A stretch of DNA of 63,831 bases, counting the filler, from Bigelowiella natans CCMP2755 (Eukaryota > Protista > Cercozoa), in NCBI GenBank assembly GCA_000320545.1. It is 11 parts of 11 records of this genome, joined end to end, with 100 filler letters (N's around TTAATTAATTAA, not from the genome) between each part and the next. Parts side by side here need not be neighbours in the genome. Positions count along the whole stretch, not along the records: positions 26,171 to 37,764 come from ADNK01002077.1; positions 37,865 to 44,806 come from ADNK01001945.1; 9 more parts are not named here. The stretch is one strand, 5' to 3'. The notes beneath the pieces were generated by a model. It was given only the letters and a program-made list of their open reading frames with translations, was not told the DNA's origin and did not search any database. Within the stretch, counting starts at the first letter, position 1. Every line of letters starts with the position of its first letter. The position numbers and the translations under genes are program-made. This document shows, piece by piece, positions 28,976 through 41,523 of the stretch.

Positions 28976-30893
28976 TATAGTATTCATATATTCATATAAT
29001 TATTGATGTACATGCCAAGTCATCGCACAATGAGAAACATCGAATCAAAGAGCGAAATACAAATGTTCAATTAACAAGCAAGCTCGCTGCGGCTCACCAC
29101 GCAGCAACAGCAGAGGCCCAGTATTCCAGCAATGATCGCGATGAGCAGTACACGACCAATCTGCGAGCTCTGTCATGGAACATCATCCAGTGACATTACA
29201 TGTCAGATCAATCAGCCAAAAGAGAAAAGGAGAGGGAACAAGGAAATCAGGTAATGTGGTGGATGCAGACCTCGCCAGAGGAAATGGCAGCAACAGCCGT
29301 GTGGGTGGGACTTGCGGTTTGCGCGGCTGTTGGAGAACTTGAAGGATTGCGTGTGAAAGCGGGTTGATAAGGTCCTACGTGAGGTTGCATGGTGAGAGGT
29401 GAAGAAGAAGAAGGAGCCGATGAAGTAGGAATCCCAGTCGGGATCCGACTAGGGCTTGCACTGGTAGAGCACGTGGGCATAAGAGTTGGAGTCAATGTTG
29501 GGAATACTGTCGGACTGGCGCTTGGGTTGGCACTCGGAGAGCACGTGGGCATAAGAGTTGGAGTCGATGTTGGCGATATTGCCGGATTGGCGCTCGGGTT
29601 GGCACTCGGAGAACACGTGGGCATAAGAGTTGGAGTCGATGTAGGCGATGTTGTTGGACTTGCACTCGGGTTGGCACTCGGAGAGCACGTGGGCATAAGA
29701 GTTGGAGTCGATGTTGGCAATATCGCCGGATTGGCGCTCGGGTTGGCACTCGGAGAATACGTGGGCATAAGAGTTGGAGTCGATGTAGGCGATGTTGTTG
29801 GACTTGCACTCGGGTTGGCACTCGGAGAACACGTGGGCATAAGAGTTGGAGTCAATGTTGGGGATACTGTCGGACTGGCGCTCGGGTTGGCACTCGGAGA
29901 GCACGTGGGCATAAGAGTTGGAGTCGATGTAGGCGATGTTGTTGGACTTGCACTCGGGTTGGCACTCGGAGAACACGTGGGCATAAGAGTTGGAGTCAAT
30001 GTTGGGGATACTGTCGGACTGGCGCTCGGGTTGGCACTCGGAGAACACGTGGGCATAAGAGTTGGAGTCGATGTAGGTGATGTTGTTGGACTTGCACTCG
30101 GGTTGGCACTCGGAGAGCACGTGGGCATAAAAGTTGGAGTCAACGTTGGGGATACTGTCGGACTGGCGCTCGGGTTGGCACTCGGAGAGCACGTGGGCAT
30201 AAGAGTTGGAGTTGATGTAGGTGATGTTGTTGGACTTGCGCTCGGGTTGGCACTCGGAGAACACGTGGGCATAAAAGTTGGAGTCAACGTCGGGGATACT
30301 GTCGGACTGGCACTCGGGTTTGCGCTCGGGTTGGCACTCGGGGAACACGTGGGCATGAGAGTTGGAATCGTTGTTGGACTGTGTGTGGGGGCGGCAGTTG
30401 AGTTGGCCTCGACACGAAAAAATGCATAATTTCTGGAAGTGCTGGGCCAGATCCTCCTCCATGGACTCGTGCAACTATCGCATGATATACCACCGCTCAT
30501 AGTACAAAATTGGTTGGACATGAGGGAGGTGTCTCCGTGCAGTACATTCCAGTCAGATGATGGCGGTGTGTTCGTGTCTGCGGAGTACCCCAGAAAAGTA
30601 CTGTAATCATTGGTGGTAATTCCATTGCTGCACGTGAGAATGAACGCTGCAAGATTCGTGCATCCTCTACCGAACTTTTCCTCGCCAAGCGCTGAAACAA
30701 CCGTTGTTCCGCCACCTGACGGTTCCTCATACGTAAACGTGTTCGTCTGACTGTACATTGGGTTCCCTGTGAACGTAATGTTAACCCCATTAACCCACAC
30801 GGCCAGAAGCTCGTCGTCGACGTTGAGGGAACATGTAACAGTCCCCGCATGAACTAGAGGAAAGAAGACCGCCAGGGCTACGAACGGCGCCAT
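28671..30893 (-). CDS. Type I membrane mucin-like surface protein (signal peptide, globular domain, P/T/S repeats, TM, short tail); 3 exons
   Basis: MAPFVALAVFFPLVHA signal; 20-aa P/T/S repeats; donor near 29270; exon SSQIGRVLLIAIIAGILGLCCCCV; last exon ILFLCCWRRKQKK...SSMRI*. Confidence 0.85.
29440..30380 (-). repeat. Coding tandem array, about 15 x 60 bp (PTLMPTCSPSANPSASPT[T/V]S), partly alternating 120-bp higher-order unit
   Basis: The unit CACGTGGGCATAAGAGTTGGAGTC...GGGTTGGCACTCGGAGA recurs with 60-nt period. Confidence 0.95.
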
Positions 30894-31271
30894 CAGCTAC
30901 TACTGCAAAACAGATTCTACGGCTCTAACCAAAAAAAGAAAATGTAACGTAAATTCGTTGTTAGATTAATATCCAGTGGACATTAACTACGGTAGATCTA
31001 TTTTTAGCGTTTCCAGCTTGAGGATTCGCTTCTGGCTTGCCTAGCTTTCAAGAAACAGTTTTTTAATAAATGCTTGCCCCAAAATGACCCAAAGAAAACC
31101 CACAGAATCTGTGCCTTGCCACAAGAGTTTTCCGGTGCTTTATTTCGTAGAAAAGTTGAGAGGCCGGTTGACTGCAAAGTAGTGGATTTTGTAAGTGCGA
31201 CAACGGTTTTCGATGATCAAAGTCTACAGAAAGCGATTGGAATCACATGTGCGCACACACGCCCTCTCCCT

Positions 31272-31802
31272 CAAGGGTTTCTCACTCCCCTGGAATCCCG
31301 GCAGGCATGCGCGGACTCCACTCCAAACTTTCACACATGACCCCTGTGGACCATGTGAGGGCCCTAGGACCCTCAGGGAAGCAAAAAAAAATGTTTTTTG
31401 GAAAATCGAAAACAGGTGGGGCACAAACTTTGAGTGCTCCGGAAACGCCCCTGACTTCGCCTCCTTCCACAAAAACCATGCCAAAGTGACAGGTGCAAAA
31501 AGATCTTTCTTCTCTCAAATTTTCACAACTCAAAACACAAAATTGAACATTTCCGGAGCAAAAATGCGCGCGCAGGCATGATTTTTTGCAGTTTGTGGCA
31601 GGCGCAGCGCGGCGCAGCGGGCTCACCAGTTCATTTTTCACTGGTCAAAATTGGCACGTTTCTTCTGAAATGATTCACAATTTCAAAATGACATGTTCAA
31701 ATTTGACAGCGAGTGATGAACGAAGAAAAGGTGAGCCACGATGCACACGTGCATGGTGTGTGCGTGTGTGTGTGCACGTGTGTGTGTGCACGTGTGTGTG
31801 TG

Positions 31803-31839
<37 letters not shown>

Positions 31840-31860
31840 ACGTGTGCGTGTGTGTGTGTG

Positions 31861-31919
<59 letters not shown>

Positions 31920-32541
31920 CGTGCAATCAAACACTGCGATGCCAGCTCTGGAGGGTTGTGTGTTCCGGATCTGTGCATGCATCTTGTGTGGTCATCAGCA
32001 CACAGGCATGACTGGCACACATCCTTCAAACCATCCTCCTTGCAGCTTCTCCTGATGTGACGCCATTCGTCCTTGGCAACCGAGAACGTTGCCTCAAGTT
32101 CTCCCCAAGGACACGTCTTCCCGTCCAGCCTCCTCGTCACATGACCCCAACCGCACTTTGGCAGAGAAATCACACTGTCGTGTGCAACTACGACCCCGTT
32201 GTGTTCACGATGCACCCTCACATGACTCCCGTTCTTCAACACACACTTCTCTGAGTTTGACGTGAGGGAAAGAGGGTGAGGAAGGTTGGTGTGGTGTGCC
32301 AGTGTGCTGGGGTTGGCCCCAATGAGCTCGTGTGAAAAAAAGTTGCGAGCGTTGCCAGAGATTTCACGTCAATTTCGGCCAAAGAAATCCATGGATGTTC
32401 ACACATGAAATTCGATTTTTTGCAAGGAAATCTTCGTTTTCAGTTCAAATCCTAAACAAATTTTCGGCTGCCGCCGAAATGAGGTACACCTTGAAAGTCC
32501 GCGCATCCCTGCCGGGATTCCCGGGGAGTGAGAAACCCTTG
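31272..32541. mobile_element. Non-autonomous DNA transposon (hAT- or P-like), 1270 bp
   Basis: 46-bp TIRs at 31272-31317 and 32496-32541 (2 mismatches; CAAGGGTTTCTCACTCCCC...); perfect 8-bp TSD CTCTCCCT at 31264-31271 and 32542-32549; no transposase. Confidence 0.9.
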
Positions 32542-32968
32542 CTCTCCCTGAGTCTCCCATGTGGTTCCATGCAAACGCCTGTCTCCCATGTGGTTCTGGC
32601 GCATGCAGATTTGATCAACGCTTTGTTCATTGTTCATTGTTCATTGTTCTGGCGCATGTGAATTTGATCAATGCTTCACAATCATCATCATCATTGTCAC
32701 CTGAGAAACTCATGCAGTTCGAGGCACTGCGTTTCGCACTCTGCAAGTGTCTCGCAACGTTTTGGAAACGTGGTTCATCATTCATGTCATTGTTCATTGT
32801 TCAGTGTTCATTGTTCATTGCACCCTGTTGGCTCGCCGATGCGGCAATGCCAGAATGGGCGGGGGGGTTTTCGTCACAAGGGTGGCTTTTCCTCCCATCC
32901 CTGAACCACGTTCCTGTTCACCGGTGGGATGGACAGACGTTTCGCCCCAGACACCGATGGAATGGTCA

Positions 32969-33044
32969 CCAAGCTAGCAAGTGAAGGATGTTTGGATCTG
33001 TGTCAAACGTTCTTCCCTGATGAAGCCTTCACTTGCTAGCTTGG
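32969..33044. repeat. Perfect 19-bp inverted repeat (hairpin)
   Basis: CCAAGCTAGCAAGTGAAGG (32969-32987) and CCTTCACTTGCTAGCTTGG (33026-33044). Confidence 0.9.
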
Positions 33045-33564
33045 ATCACACGTCTGTCTCGAATGAATTCACCCTGAACATGTGCAGTTTTCACCCTCGA
33101 AAAAAGTTTCCGCGTTTTCTCTTGGCCATCACGATGTTTTGGTCAAACATTCTAGTCTAAAGGAAACGCGTGGATCCGACTGAAAACCTCCACTCTGTCT
33201 GTCACCAAAAACAGCATCGACCATCATCACGCAAAATCATGCGACGCAGCATGCACATTGTGCAGGCTAATTACTAACAGGCTAGCAGGCCTAGAAGCAC
33301 ATCTAGCAGGCGTGCTAGCGTAGTTCGACTTCGCTTGCTAGCTTGGCAATCTGCACGCCGCATGGTCAAATGTGTGTACGTCCTTGTGCGTTTGCACGAC
33401 AACAATGTGTTGCGCCACAGCTTTGGGCTGCTGCCATACGCGAATACAATGCACAATTGATGTGTGACACTTGCCGTTCATGCTAGTATGGCTTCATTTC
33501 GCCATGTCTCAGCAGCGTGAAGATCGAATCGAAATCCAAAAATCAAAGCTGCCCACTAACTAGA

Positions 33565-35450
33565 CTAAGACTTGTCTTTCTTCTTTTTCTTCTTGTCCTT
33601 CTTACTCCGCTTCTTCCCGCTTGCTGCATCTTCACTGTTGTCACCGCTACTTCCAGCACTAGCTTTGCGCTTTCGCGCCGTTGCCGCCTTGTTCGCTTTT
33701 ACCTTCTTTTTCTGACCCGACTTGATTTTTCCGAGTTCATTCTGGAAAAGGGACTCCATTTCCATCGCGCGGTCAGTCATCCTCTTTCTCTTCCGGCGTA
33801 GGCTTACTCCTCTTGCCCCCTCCCCTATTTTGACTGCTGCCGTGGCCGCTGTCGTCATTGTGGCGATTTCCACCCGGCACCTTGCTTGTCCTCGCCCCAC
33901 TTTCTCCTCCTCCTCCTCCTCCTCCTCCTCCTCCTCCTCCCCCTCCTTCGAAGAAATCAGAGAACAACTCCAGCTTTCGCTGTTGCTGGGTAAGATCGCT
34001 TTCCCATTCTGTTTGCTGCCGCTTAAACTTATCGACACGGCACTTAGACAACAAGATCCTACCCGACTGCGTGGCTGCTAGCTTCCTCTCTCCCGCCACC
34101 TAGGTAGTGTGAAGTTACCAGGTCAAAGCAGGCGCTGATAGAAAACTAGACGTAACAACGTCGTCGGCGCGCGCACTTCTGCGAGATATTCAAATGGTGA
34201 AGGAGCAGGTCATACCCAAGAGGCGGGATTCGATGGCAAGGGAGACACGGCGATGATGAATGGTGGAAAAACAACGACGCGTTACAAAGTGCAATGGCTT
34301 TAGACGTAACTACTAAATGCTAGCGTGTAGGTCGAACCCACCAATTCTTGAGCTATTTGCCGCTTCCTGTCGGTGTTAGCTGCAGCATAGCATCTTTGGG
34401 CGCAAAAGCTTCCATACCTTTCATCGTTATCATATTCGTCATGAACATAGTATCATGAAGTAGTAGCAGTAGAAATAGCAGCAGCAGAGATAATACAACG
34501 AGCAACTGTTGTTTTTCATCAAAATAACCACCGTCCCCACCCCCATCATAGAAAGTCGAATCATCATCACCATCATATTGTCTCTCCGAAAAGTGGCTGC
34601 CAAGACCGCAGCATCCCGACCTCTCTTTAGACCAAATATCACCCCACTACTTACGTGCTGGTGCCAAGAGCAACGAAGTTCCCCAGAAGCAAATCGACGA
34701 GCTTCTGCTTCGGTTTCACAGCGATTGACACGGATGCAAAGACCGCATCAATGACCCTACTTCCGGACCGATCGCAGGCGACGAAAGTCATCGTCGAGGG
34801 GGGGAAACTAAGCAGGCCCCGCGCAATCTGGTGATTCGAAGAATTGTGATGATGGGGATGGTGGTGTAATTAAATAGGAAGGCATGTGCAATGCAACATC
34901 AAAAAATTGAGAAACAGAACGGAGAGGCGGAGAAACCTAAAGGACGAATATCCGATAACGATGTTGTCCGCTCCCCCCCCCCCCCCCCTTCCCTTTTCCC
35001 CTTCTTTGCTTCTCACAGGATCGAAGCAGAAACTAATCTCTAACCTGCTGAGCGAATTTCCCTTCAAAGGTATTTATGATAGCCTGTGCAATGGCAGTCC
35101 CCATAACGTTGATATACGGCTTCTTCACTGTCTCCCCCCCTTCTCGCCGTCTCTGTTGGTATCTGTGAATGGGTGAATGGGTGAATGGGGAAGGGGGGCG
35201 GGTAGGATCAGCGGAGCTATTCCCAATACACACTTGAAAGTAACAATTACTCATAGTCGCCGTAGGATAACAGAATCTCGATCATGCTCATGTTGCCTCC
35301 CCCCCCCTCATTGCTGTCGCTCGATGGAATAAGCGCTGATCGAAGAGCCTTCATCATCTCTCTTTGCCGGGTCTTCAGTCGGCCGCACGCCTCGCATAGG
35401 CGCCACACAACGCCAAGCCGATTTCTGAGATAATCAACGAGCGAGCGAGC

Positions 35451-35491
<41 letters not shown>

Positions 35492-35997
35492 AGCATGCGT
35501 GGTAGTAGAGGAATGAAGTCTTTCAAAAAACTCTATCATTATCGCCCCGATTTGAGGGTTTCCACCCCCCTCTACACATTGAAAAAGAGCCATCATCGGA
35601 GGCGTTTTTGAAGGGATTGATTGGTTTCCACCCACCTCTGGAACATGTCTTTGATGCTGTCTTTGAGCTCATCAAAGCAAAGTTGAGCTTGGCCACGGTC
35701 TTTCAGATTCGATAACAGCTTCTGCACCGGGTAGTTTGCTACAGGGTGGAAAGAGAGTTCTCCTAGTTTGCCTCTCATTCCTAGAGTGTTGTTATTGCAG
35801 ACACGATTGAGTCAGGGTTGCTTTTCTTGTCGCGGCGTTTTTTTGATTCTCCTTTTACGGTGTTGCTGGAAAACTCGATTTGTAAGAGGGAATAAGCGGC
35901 ATTTACTTACCTCGCTGCTGCATGACCTGCTTTCTTTGTTTTTGCGATGTCTTTGTGCGTGCGTGTGTGTGTGTGTGTGTGTGTACGCGCTGCCCGC

Positions 35998-36035
<38 letters not shown>

Positions 36036-36897
36036 ATCTATCTAATTATCTCTTCACTAATGTGGCCATTACTATCACTGCAAGTGGTTTGCCGTCCTAA
36101 TCACTGTACCATCACTCTCACCTTTGGTGTACATGTCGCCGAATGCACTCGCGGGAGCGACTGTCAATAACTTCTCGACGAGATGACTGCCTGAAAAACG
36201 TTAAACGTTCGTTTGGAAGGAGGGGCGGAGGGGGGAGATCACATGCACCGCACGCAAAGAGGAAGAGAAAAATGGCGAAGACGAAGAAGATATGGATTGA
36301 ATTCCAACATAGAGACTTTCACGGGGGAGTTTTTTCTTCGGGGGGGGGGGGGGGGGGGAATGGAGAAATGGAAAATAAAAAAAATTGACATAATTACACC
36401 ACAATCAACATGCCAACAATACCAAGAACATCGTTGGGTACTCGCAGTTATATGTCCTCTACTGCTCTACTACCATCTGCGTAAACTACATGCTTGGAAG
36501 TGATGAAAATGTGCTTATTCTACACTGCCACCTTTCCTATCTTTCAGCAGCTCCTCTAAATACTCCTGCGCGCTCTTGGCGCCCTCCCCCCCCTCGCTGC
36601 TGTTCCAGAACAAAAGCCGCCCGATGAAAGCATTGGCCACCTTCGTCGAGTCTCTGCAAAATAATAGAACTCAACGCGAAATAACCCCGCAGGAAAAGCT
36701 ATTGAAAGGGAGACAATTTTCAAACACGGCATTTCGTAGGAAGGAAGGGGTCTAGTCTAAAACAGGGCGACATCAGATTGATTGTTGCTAACAAATGATA
36801 ACAACAACCCTAAGAGCGGGAGGCAGTCGCACAGATGCCTGGGTTGGAACGGAGGGGGGGGGGGAAGCCGAAGCGGAAAGAGTTGCAGACGTATTAG

Positions 36898-36962
<65 letters not shown>

Positions 36963-37639
36963 CAAGTTGAGTAAAGAGACTAGGACCGTTTGTTAGATAA
37001 AAGTGCACAATAAAAAACATAAAGCAAACTCATCGATGCAGAGCAGCATCCCGTTCTGGTTTGTTGTGACATCGTTGCGAGAAGTATATCGTCGTCGTTG
37101 TTTTCGAGTAGTCGAGATTACTGGATAACAGGCCCTCCATTCTGATGAAAGCATACAGCTTCGATCGTCGCTTCATCAGCGCTGGTAGCTGCTAGGAAGA
37201 TCCCCTCCAACACCTTGGAAAGTGCGGCCTCGTAGGCCTTCAAGTGGGCTCGAGAAGCAGCGCGGAGCTGCTGCGGCTGCCTTCGCCGTGCGGGTCTTTT
37301 CCCATCAATGCCAGGATTGATGTCGCAAGGGACTTTGTCTCCCAAGATGATTCGAATGATTGTGCGGACGATGTGAGATGCATACCTAGTCGTCGTTGTC
37401 GTCATCATTATCATCATCAACACCATCATCATCACCATCATCATCATCATCATCATCTTCATACAACTAATGTCATCGTAAGAATAATAAGAAGAATGGC
37501 AATACTAAGAGACCTCCATCCCCTCCCCCCTCCCCTCCCCCCCCCCCCCTAACCACCTGTCGAAAAAAGAGATTAATCCAATCGTGCTGAAGCTCCTCGC
37601 ACAACGCAAGAAACGTCTCCATCAACTTGGCTTTCTCCT
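33565..37639 (-). CDS. NOP9: Nucleolar protein 9-like pumilio-repeat protein (5' partial)
   Basis: DR|YASHIVRTIIRII, CFHQNGGPVIQ, RGKLGELSFHPVANYPVQKLL, GRILLSKCRVDKFKRQQTEWE, Lys-rich C-terminus; homopolymer frameshifts are present. Confidence 0.8.
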
Positions 37640-38339
37640 CTAAACATTGCATTCATACCATACAGCAGCAGCACAGGCGCTATTGATCATACACTTCGCA
37701 TATGCTAAATTAACAGTAGTAATAGACAAGATCACGATGCAATAAAAGAGATTATGGATGCTACNNNNNNNNNNNNNNNNNNNNNNNNNNNNNNNNNNNN
37801 NNNNNNNNTTAATTAATTAANNNNNNNNNNNNNNNNNNNNNNNNNNNNNNNNNNNNNNNNNNNNAGGGGGGGGGGGGGGGGGGTTTGGGAATCCCCCAAT
37901 TAATAGCCCCACCCCACCAACAAAAGGACGATATTTTTTAAATTGTGTATCATCAGATCAGAAGCTTTTTCGGTGCCCGGGACCCGCCCAGTTTTTTTTT
38001 TTTTTCGTTCGAAAATTGAGAGGGGGGGGGGAGTGCACACTCGCGCCCTCCGCGGACATACGTTCACCCTAAATATCCTTCGTTTGGGGGGTCGCACCCA
38101 AAAAGAGCCTACGCGATGGTTGTTGTTATTGTTGTGGGTTTTTAAAAGAATCAGCGATCCGGAAATAGGGGAGGAGTGCCAAGAGGGGTGGGCGAAAATA
38201 TAGGAAGCCATTCAGTTTTTTTTTTTTTTTTTTTTCCCTCTACCCCCCCCCCCCCTCCCTCCCTTTAGATATGCATCAAATACAAACACAACCAAACAAA
38301 GACCCCCTAAAGGGGGGGGGGGGGGGGGAGGGGGGGATG

Positions 38340-38379
<40 letters not shown>

Positions 38380-38398
38380 TATGAGATGCGAAAACGAC

Positions 38399-38760
38399 CT
38401 TGGCCTTTATGCAGCTCCTCGAGGAGATAAAGCGCCATAAAGCTGTGCTGCGATCGAAGCTTATAGCCCTGCACCATAACACTTGATTTAACACTAAACA
38501 CATACTGGGCGAAGGTCGCAGCTGACTCGCAAAAGCCATCATTTTCATGGAAAATATCGGATCAATTGTCACTAAATGTGACATTATCCGCACTCATCAC
38601 CGAGGCGGTTATCTTGGACTGCAATGGTCGTTTTTTGACCATTTCCATCGTTATCAGCATCTTTTCTGGGATTCGTAGAACTTCCGACCCAGCGCCTAAG
38701 TATGCCGGGTTAAAAACAGCGATCATGGTAGCTGATCGTATGTGTATAATACTCACACAA

Positions 38761-38837
<77 letters not shown>

Positions 38838-38868
38838 TATTTGTACGATATTTATGAATAGAAAGAAA

Positions 38869-38912
<44 letters not shown>

Positions 38913-39184
38913 GGTAGAGAGAATCAAATATTACTATCGTTGTCTTCAGTATTACTCAACTTCATCTTCTTCTTCTTCTAGTCTCTAGATCTATTACCAA
39001 CATCGCCTCTTACATGCACCCCTCTCCCCCCCTCCGTCGATAAGTTTACATAAATGTCTCCAATCTGCGGGAGCACACACACCCACACACACACACACGC
39101 ACACACAAAGACATCAACCCCGCCATTTCCGTGAGCGAGATCAGCACTGCCAGCAAGAAGGCCATAAAAAAGCATATATACATG

Positions 39185-39226
<42 letters not shown>

Positions 39227-40291
39227 TTGAATATGTACAGGAGAACGAATAACAACGACAACAACATCAGCAGCCCCCCGAGAAAATGCAATTATCAAAG
39301 CTTGCCCCTTAGCTCCGTTTTCCCTCATAAAGTTGAAGAATCGTCCATAGCCCTGCCGCATTACTTCGGCGTTTCTTTCGCCGTCCCCGGCCTCAGGAAG
39401 GTTTGCAAGGTCTTCCGAATCAAGGGGAAGCTTTAAGGGATAGGGGGGGGGGGGGGGAGAGGGGAGAAGGAGAGGAAAGCTCTCGGATTGAGACTTTAAG
39501 AAGCAAAGAAGGCACATCTGGCATGAAATTGCTAATCTCTACTCATCATCGTCCTCTCTTTCAATCTCCGGTTATCACAAACGTTGTATGGTCATTTCCA
39601 GCGGCTTTGTGTGCACGTCGAGGCTCTGTCGTAATAGCGAGCACGCAGTGAGCAAAATGAGCAGCCGAGGGACACAAGGGGTGCGCACAAGGGAGAGAGG
39701 GGGGGAGGAGGAGAGGGCAAAAACAATTTGTGCCCGGAAAGGTTAATATCACACCTATCAGCCGATATGATAGCCTTTTGATAATGGCATAGACTTTTTC
39801 AAACTATGGCACACTTTCCTCATACAATAACAATTACATTATACATATATATAAATATATATATATATATATAATATAGCTAGAACTTGCGGTAGAATAA
39901 GGACGTGGATGTAGGGCAACCTACCAGGGTCTTATCGAGCTCTTTTGCCTTTGAAAACGCCTCCAGAGCTGTGGTATGCCTTTGAATATTAAAAAAAAAT
40001 AGAATTAAAAAAAAAACACAAAACATGAGCTATTGAGATGTGCGGTGCAGTACGTCGCCACCACACGTCCTCCCCCCCCCACCCCCCTGCTGTTGAAAAT
40101 CAGAGCGAGCGCGTAGACAACTATATCAGATTGTGCCCTCCCTCGCAGCCTCGGAATGCATTCATTGCGGGAGCTTGGAGAGGCTACTCTTAGCTATACC
40201 TTTGTAGGTTTGATAAGGCCACGCCCTTTCTCACGTAGCCCTGGATTCGATTTATACCCGTATTCATATATGCCAACGAACAAACAAACAA

Positions 40292-40331
<40 letters not shown>

Positions 40332-41210
40332 ACACACACGCAAGCACGCACGATCATGCGCGCATCTGTACTAAAACGCCTGCAACAGAGACGCGCAGTC
40401 ATCCCCCCCCCTCCCCCCCTCCTCCTTCTCTAGTGGCCAAATGCAGTTGTATAACCTTAGCCCAACTGGGATCGAGGTCCACGCAGCTCGATGCATCGTT
40501 GAGCGCCTCGATGTACTTGTTTTGAAGAACGAAACACGCGGAACGATTGGAAAGTAGCGCGAGATGGAGGCCTACAAACATCGAGGGAGGGGTTGCTAAG
40601 AAGACCAGCTAGCTAGTGCACACACACACATACACGTCTTTAACCTATGCGAAAGAATGCTTTTGCAAAGTTGTGCGTTTCGAGAGGGGAGATGGTAGGT
40701 ATATTTTAGGTCGGCATTCGTAGTGAGCGATGCTCCCGTCATTACCCTTGTCTTGCGTTTCGGGGGTTTGCCTGAGAATGCTTTCTATCGCGCGCGTGAA
40801 GTACGCGGCGGCTTTCTTCGAGTCGCTGGCTTTGAAGGCGTTAACCCCGATTTCCTGATGAAGGTTCGGCTGCGTGAGAAAGAAGAGAACGAGACGCGTG
40901 CGCCTATGGTTGGTGGGAATAAGGGAACATGCCTTGAGTGCTTTGGGGTCATCGAGGGCCTTGTCATCAGCCTCTTGCTTCGCCTGCGCGCAATGTGTTG
41001 AAAGCGAAGTCATTAGATATGGAGACACTTTTAAGAGGCAAGTGACGAGTGACGTGTTTGCTAATGCCCGCACGCTGATACATCCCTTAAAGATCTATCC
41101 ACCATCACTATTTTCCGCCCCCTTCTCCTTTCCATCCTCCATTTGGCTAGAAGGTTACTATCCCTACTCACCTTCTTGGCCTTTCGCCGCTGCCGAGCCT
41201 TCTTCGGCAT
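38399..41210 (-). CDS. TPR + SET-domain (SETD3/Rubisco-LSMT-like) methyltransferase, 5' portion
   Basis: TPR: EIGVNAFKA..AAAYFTRAI, LLSNRSACF..KYIEALNDA..CVDLDPSWAK|GYVRKGVAL. SET: GGRGVHVRGDVG|AGSEVLRIPEKMLITME, FMALYLLEELHKG. Confidence 0.75.
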
Positions 41211-41523
41211 TCGAACGAGCGCGAGGGGGGGTCTCGCTTCTCCCGGCCGATCGGGAGAAATAAGCACTAAATTGGAATTGAAGTATTTGGTCAAAATGTC
41301 GATAAAAAAATGACCAAATCAACCAAAAACTGTTCTTTTTGTTGCCGCCAGCAGACGCCCAAGCTTCGCGATGATCATGGTTTAGAACAGATATGAATCA
41401 TTGAAACATCTGAGAACAGCTTTTATGTTTTTTGTTGGATAATTGATTATTTTAGGTATTTTTTGGTACGAAATATATCCTAAGCAATACTCACATTTAT
41501 TCCACTGGCGATAACTCCTCCGC

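Noticed and set aside
29440-30380. 60-bp periodic array as a CRISPR array
   Set aside because: No unique spacers; it is an in-frame coding repeat in a eukaryotic gene.
29389-30474. Antisense 346-aa and alternate-frame 341-aa ORFs over the mucin repeats
   Set aside because: A stop-free repeat unit keeps several frames open; only the P/T/S frame has a signal peptide and spliced TM exons.
33017-33070. CTGATGA as a hammerhead ribozyme core
   Set aside because: No GAAA after a stem II and no compatible stem I/III found.
31261-33260. CpG methylation decay or RIP as the cause of the TG/CA excess
   Set aside because: CpG is still abundant and TA is lost rather than gained.
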